Shown here: positions 59,585 to 64,000 of the stretch, piece by piece
How the letters are laid out: each line of letters opens with the position of its first letter
Numbering within the stretch: the stretch's first letter is position 1
Source: an uncultured Candidatus Saccharibacteria bacterium
GTDB lineage: Bacteria > Patescibacteriota > Minisyncoccia > Minisyncoccales > GWA2-38-27
Assembly (NCBI GenBank): GCA_964609075.1
Contig: CAZSQP010000001.1
Coordinates: 97,593 to 161,592, forward strand
Direction of reading: 5' to 3'
Length of the DNA: 64,000 bases
Made by a program: the position numbers and the translations under genes
Notes under the pieces: generated by a model
The model's database searches: none
Told to the model about the DNA's origin: nothing
What the model saw: the letters and a program-made list of their open reading frames with translations, nothing else

Positions 59585-60655
59585 CTATTGGACTCTGAAA
59601 CTTTGAATAACACCAAGAGAAATGAAAAAGACTATCAAACCAGACCCACCGTAACTCACAAAAGGAAGAGAGAGACCTATTACAGGCAGAAGACCTAGAT
59701 TCATCCCTATATGAATAAAAACCTGTAAGATAATAATGGAAGCCAAACCTGTAGCAAAAAGCCTAGGAAAGTTTCCTGGAGCTTTTAAAACAGCTTTGAT
59801 TATTCTCCAGATTAAGATAAAGAAAATAATTAAAAGACCTGTCACTCCCACTAAACCAAACTCTTCTGCAATAGAAGCAAAAACAAAATCTGTATGGGGT
59901 TCTGGCAGAAAACCATATTCTGCCTGAGAACCTTCTCCAAAACCCTTCCCGAAGATACCTCCAGACCCTATAGCTATTTTAGACTGTCTTTGATTCCATC
60001 CTGCCCCCTGAGGATCTGCTTCAGGAGAAAAGAAGCTTATTATCCTTGTCTTCTGATAATCCTCTAAAAAGAAAAACCAGCTCCCAGCTATAATAATCAG
60101 TCCACAGAGAATAATTATTAAAAATTCCCTTAGTCTTATCCCTGAAACAATCAGTATACTCAGCCAAAAACCTATTATAATAATAGCAGATCCCAAATCA
60201 GGCTGTGAAGCAATCAAAAGAACAGGTAAAATAACATAAATCCCAGAGAGAATAATATGCTTTAAGCCATACATTTCAACATGTCTTTTGGAAAAATACT
60301 TTGCTAGAAGAACTATTAAGACAAGTTTAGTAAAAGGTATAGGATCTAGAGAAAGAAACCCTATTTTGTACCATCCTTTTACTCCCCTGGTAACGGGAGC
60401 TAAAAAGAAAAGACCTATTAAGGTTAGAATGGAAAGGAAATAGAGAGCAAGAATAAGATGAGAGTTACTCTGAATAGCTCTCCAGTCAATAAAAGCCAGA
60501 AGAAACATAAAAAGAAGGCCTATGCCCAAAAAGACAAGCTGTTTTTTAAAGTTAATCTCAGAAGAAGCACTGCAAATAGAAACCAAACCGATTGAAGTAA
60601 GCAAAAGGGCTGAGAAAACCAGAATCCAGTCAATTTTCTTCAAAAAATAAAGCAT
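59585..60655 (-). CDS. ftsW: SEDS-family peptidoglycan glycosyltransferase (FtsW/RodA)
   Basis: About 10 TM segments. PDLGSAIII, EPHTDFVFASIAEEFG and LPFVSYGGS motifs. Confidence 0.85.
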   Translation of the reverse strand: MLYFLKKIDWILVFSALLLTSIGLVSICSASSEINFKKQLVFLGIGLLFMFLLAFIDWRAIQSNSHLILALYFLSILTLIGLFFLAPVTRGVKGWYKIGFLSLDPIPFTKLVLIVLLAKYFSKRHVEMYGLKHIILSGIYVILPVLLIASQPDLGSAIIIIGFWLSILIVSGIRLREFLIIILCGLIIIAGSWFFFLEDYQKTRIISFFSPEADPQGAGWNQRQSKIAIGSGGIFGKGFGEGSQAEYGFLPEPHTDFVFASIAEEFGLVGVTGLLIIFFILIWRIIKAVLKAPGNFPRLFATGLASIIILQVFIHIGMNLGLLPVIGLSLPFVSYGGSGLIVFFISLGVIQSFRVQ

Positions 60656-62716
60656 TTATTCTTTTAGAAAAAAGTTAAGATGGTTTTCAAAGTAATTTTT
60701 CTTTTCAGGGAAAAATTCCATCAACCTGTAATAAATATCCTTACAGTTTTCTATATCCTCTAAATCCCTACAGAAAAGAATAGCTACCTTTTCCATAAAC
60801 TGCGCATCTTTTAAGTTGGGGTTTTCCATGGCCTCTACTGTTTTTTTAAGGTAAAGAGAAGCTTCTTTTTTCTTTCCTATTTTCAGAAAGCCAGAACCCA
60901 GATTCCTGTAATACTTAACCTCGCTGGTAGGAAAGAGACCGGCCTCTTTCAAAAAAAGATCTTTGGCCTTTTCTTCATTCCCCTCCATCAATCTTAATTC
61001 AGCTTTTAACCGGTAAAACTCCGGTCTCTGGTCATTAAAATCTATTCCTTTTTCGATTGTTTCTTCCATTCTTGCAAGATCCTCTTCATCCCCAAAAAAG
61101 AGGTAATTCCATTGATATGTTCTGGCTAAATACTCAAGGGTATCAACGGGCCTTCTGTCGGGTTTTTCTAAAAGCTCCTTGAGATAATCTTTGTCTTTGT
61201 AGATAATCTTTGCTATTCCCTCTTTTTTATTCCCTTTCTCCAAAAGAAGAAGGCCTCTTTCTATAGTAACGAACTTTAAGTCATTCTTGTAAATACTTTT
61301 TGACGCTTCGCTGTATTCTGAAACAGCCCGGACAGGATTTGTTTTCTCATATCCAACATTAGCAGGAAAACTGGAAGCTGCTAAAAGAGGCCCTAGGTTT
61401 ATAAAATACAAAGAAAGAAGAGGAAGAACAATCAAAGGAAGGAAAAGCCATACTCTTTTTATCTCCAAGGGTCTTGATGATAAAACATTAATAAAGGCTA
61501 AAACTAGAAAGAGAAGCAAGTAGATAGAGATGGTGTCAAAAACAGTCAGAGATTGGAAAAAGTAAGCAACAAGAAAAACGGATAGAAGCAAGACCAGTTT
61601 CTTTTCTAGAACTATTTTCTTGAAAAGAAGATAGAAAGAAACCCCCAAAACGCCAAGCCAAGAAAGAAGCCCCAAGATGCCGGTGGAAGCTAAAAGGTTG
61701 AATATCTTGTTGTGGGCATAGTCAAAGTACATTCCTTCTGGTATCTCTGAAAAATAGTCCGCCTTAAAATACTTGTAAAAGATGTAGGAGAAAGATTCAG
61801 GACCCCAACCTAAAAGTGGTTTCTCTTTAAAAGCCTCAAAAGATATCTCCCAGACATCTCCCCTAGATCCGAAAGAAAATTCAAAAACGCTTAAAGCCCT
61901 GTTTAATAATCCATTCTCAACATTCTCTTTGTTTAAAACCAAAAATAGAAGGATCAAACTTAAAAGCAAAACCAAGAGGGCTATTTTTTTTCTGTGAACA
62001 TTGGAATATTTAAAAAACCAGATAAAAAAACAAAACAAAAGAGCCAGACCTAAAGCTACCCAGGCTCCTCTGGTTTTAGAGAGAATTAGAGTAAAAGAAT
62101 GAAGAAATATTATACCTCCCCAGACAAACTTCATATCCTTCTCTTTTTCTATGAAAAAGACAAAGAGAGTAATGAAAAGGGAAAGAACAATATACGGAGC
62201 GAAAAAGTCGGGATTGGACAAGGTTCCTGAAACCCGACTAGGAATCGAAACTCCGTAAAAATGCCAGACGCCAAGCTTCTGAAGAAGAGCTGCGAAGCTT
62301 GATATTCCGGAAACCCCTGCTGAAATCTTAAAAACTCTAAACCAGTCCTTTTTCTTAACAAAAACACCAGAAACCATTAAAAAGAAGGTCAGTAAATGAA
62401 GGTGGAGAATAACTCCTTCTCCTCTCTCTAAATCTCCGAAAAAGCTGCGGTAAGGATTAAATCCCGCCAGAGCTGACAAAATCATCACCCCTGTGAATAT
62501 TAAAAGAGCCCAGGTTAAAAGAGAAACTCTGGGAAGATATTTTCTGTCAAAAAATACGAGAAAAAGATAGATTATTAGAACTATCTCTATTAAAGAACGA
62601 AAAAAGACAGCCTTCGGAAAAGCAGAAAGAGTAAGCCCGAAAGGACCCATTATCAATGGAGTGAGCAAGACCAGAAAGAGACTTGTTTTAACTGCTTTTA
62701 GAAGCGAAGAGTTCAT
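60656..62716 (-). CDS. O-antigen-ligase-like (Wzy_C) polytopic membrane protein with C-terminal TPR-like region
   Basis: Many TM segments, a central SKTRGAW-type loop and a soluble helical-repeat C-terminus. Confidence 0.6.
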   Translation of the reverse strand: MNSSLLKAVKTSLFLVLLTPLIMGPFGLTLSAFPKAVFFRSLIEIVLIIYLFLVFFDRKYLPRVSLLTWALLIFTGVMILSALAGFNPYRSFFGDLERGEGVILHLHLLTFFLMVSGVFVKKKDWFRVFKISAGVSGISSFAALLQKLGVWHFYGVSIPSRVSGTLSNPDFFAPYIVLSLFITLFVFFIEKEKDMKFVWGGIIFLHSFTLILSKTRGAWVALGLALLFCFFIWFFKYSNVHRKKIALLVLLLSLILLFLVLNKENVENGLLNRALSVFEFSFGSRGDVWEISFEAFKEKPLLGWGPESFSYIFYKYFKADYFSEIPEGMYFDYAHNKIFNLLASTGILGLLSWLGVLGVSFYLLFKKIVLEKKLVLLLSVFLVAYFFQSLTVFDTISIYLLLFLVLAFINVLSSRPLEIKRVWLFLPLIVLPLLSLYFINLGPLLAASSFPANVGYEKTNPVRAVSEYSEASKSIYKNDLKFVTIERGLLLLEKGNKKEGIAKIIYKDKDYLKELLEKPDRRPVDTLEYLARTYQWNYLFFGDEEDLARMEETIEKGIDFNDQRPEFYRLKAELRLMEGNEEKAKDLFLKEAGLFPTSEVKYYRNLGSGFLKIGKKKEASLYLKKTVEAMENPNLKDAQFMEKVAILFCRDLEDIENCKDIYYRLMEFFPEKKNYFENHLNFFLKE

Positions 62717-64000
62717 AGCATTTTTAAAAACTCCTTCTCTTTTAAAATATTAACTTTAAGCTTTTTTGCTTTTTGATATTTTGATCCCGGATCCTCTCCT
62801 ATCACAAGGTAATCGATTTCTCTAGAAACAGAACTTGATACCTCTCCTCCTAAAGATCTGATTTTCTTTTTAGCTTCTTCTCTAGTTAAAGAATTTAGAG
62901 AGCCCGTGAGAACAAATTTCTTTCCCTTGAGTTTTGTCCCTCTTTTCACTTTTTCAATCTTAATTCCTACTCTTTTAAACTTTTTAAGAAGCTCTTTATT
63001 TTTTTTATCGGAAAACCAATCTTTAATAGATTGAGCAGCTTTGGGACCAATATCTTCTATATCTTCTAAGTCTTTTTTGGAAGCTTTTTTAAGGTTTTCC
63101 AAAGAACTAAAATGCTTAGCTAAATCTTGAGCTGTCTCTTCTCCTATATGCTTTATACCCAAAGCAAAGATAAAACGGGGGAAAGTTATCTCCTTGCTTT
63201 CTTCAATCGACTTTACAAGATTATCTGCTGATTTTTCAGCAAACCTCTCCAGAGGCTTAAGATCTCCTCTTTTTAATTCAAAAATATCTCCTAAATCTGA
63301 AACCAGGCTTTCCTCCATAAGTTGGCCTATTATCTTAGGTCCCAGCCCTTCAATATTAAAAGCTCCCCTAGAAACAAAATGATAAAACTGTTGTCTTTCT
63401 CTGGCAAAGCAATTTGGGTTAGCACAATAATGAATAGCATCTATTTTCTTTACCTTCCCTCCACAAAGAGGACACTTAGAAGGCATTTTAAACTTCTTTT
63501 CTTTTCCTGTTCTTAAATCTTTAACTACTTTTACTATTTCCGGAATAACATCCCCCGCTCTACCTACAATAACAGTGTCTCCTATCTTTACTCCCAGTCT
63601 TCTTATCTCATCCTCATTATGAAGAGTAGCTCTGGTAATAGTAACGCCTCCAACCTGAACAGGCTCTAAAACAGCCACCGGAGTAAGAGCTCCTGTTCTT
63701 CCCACCTGCACTTTAATATCTCTCACTTTAGTAGTAGCTTCCTTACCTGGAAACTTAAAAGCTATAGCTCCTCTTGGAGCCTTGCCTACCACACCTAGCT
63801 TATTGTAAATTCTATCCGAATTAATAATAACAACAATACCGTCTATTTCATAAGGAAGAGAATCTCTCCTTTTCTGCCACTTTTTATGAAACTCAAAAAC
63901 TTCATCCAAATTCTTGCAGTACCTGTTGTTAGGATTTGTCTTAAAACCCAAAACTTTTAAAATTTGATGCTTCTCTTCGTGAGTTTTCTGACCAAAATCT
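62713..64000 (-). CDS. ligA: NAD-dependent DNA ligase LigA, C-terminal part; the N-terminus runs off the window end
   Basis: OB domain, Cys4 zinc finger (CPLCGGKV...YCANPNC), HhH region and BRCT (GKKFVLTGSL). The frame stays open upstream of the track's TTG start to position 64000. Confidence 0.9.
   Translation of the reverse strand, partial: DFGQKTHEEKHQILKVLGFKTNPNNRYCKNLDEVFEFHKKWQKRRDSLPYEIDGIVVIINSDRIYNKLGVVGKAPRGAIAFKFPGKEATTKVRDIKVQVGRTGALTPVAVLEPVQVGGVTITRATLHNEDEIRRLGVKIGDTVIVGRAGDVIPEIVKVVKDLRTGKEKKFKMPSKCPLCGGKVKKIDAIHYCANPNCFARERQQFYHFVSRGAFNIEGLGPKIIGQLMEESLVSDLGDIFELKRGDLKPLERFAEKSADNLVKSIEESKEITFPRFIFALGIKHIGEETAQDLAKHFSSLENLKKASKKDLEDIEDIGPKAAQSIKDWFSDKKNKELLKKFKRVGIKIEKVKRGTKLKGKKFVLTGSLNSLTREEAKKKIRSLGGEVSSSVSREIDYLVIGEDPGSKYQKAKKLKVNILKEKEFLKML

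Overview
AT-rich, tightly packed bacterial chromosome segment. It is mostly housekeeping: seven aminoacyl-tRNA synthetases (leuS, metG, glyQS, ileS, argS, trpS and others), rpoB-rpoC, groES-groEL, recA, uvrA/uvrC, ftsK, ligA, smpB plus tmRNA, infC-rpmI-rplT, rpsF-ssb-rpsR and one tRNA-Leu. The gene content and style (cupin-type PGI, short UvrC, small proteins, standard code with TGA used as stop) suggest a reduced-genome CPR/Patescibacteria-like organism; this is inference only. No rRNA and no CRISPR array were seen. The clear accessory island is a complete diversity-generating retroelement (DGR) at about 22.1-24.7 kb. It has a reverse transcriptase, an Avd gene missed by the ORF track, a 126-bp template repeat (TR) and a matching variable repeat (VR) at the 3' end of a GC-rich target gene. 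TR and VR differ at 18 positions, all TR adenines, plus one non-A mismatch in the GC-rich 3' (IMH-like) end. The cassette is unusual in several ways. Avd is inverted and head-to-head with the RT. Avd has no ATG/GTG/TTG start and begins at a C10 homopolymer. A terminator-like hairpin sits directly 3' of the TR. A mini MGMT gene overlaps the RT stop. A second, decayed target paralog lies 8.5 kb away and shares a consensus promoter and a covarying GGGUGGUCC leader hairpin with the active target. Other notable items are a 459-aa LAGLIDADG intein in the FtsK P-loop, a NYN-domain gene split by one in-frame TAA, a PurF-like protein lacking the catalytic Cys1, and an unannotated 44-aa zinc-ribbon ORF.
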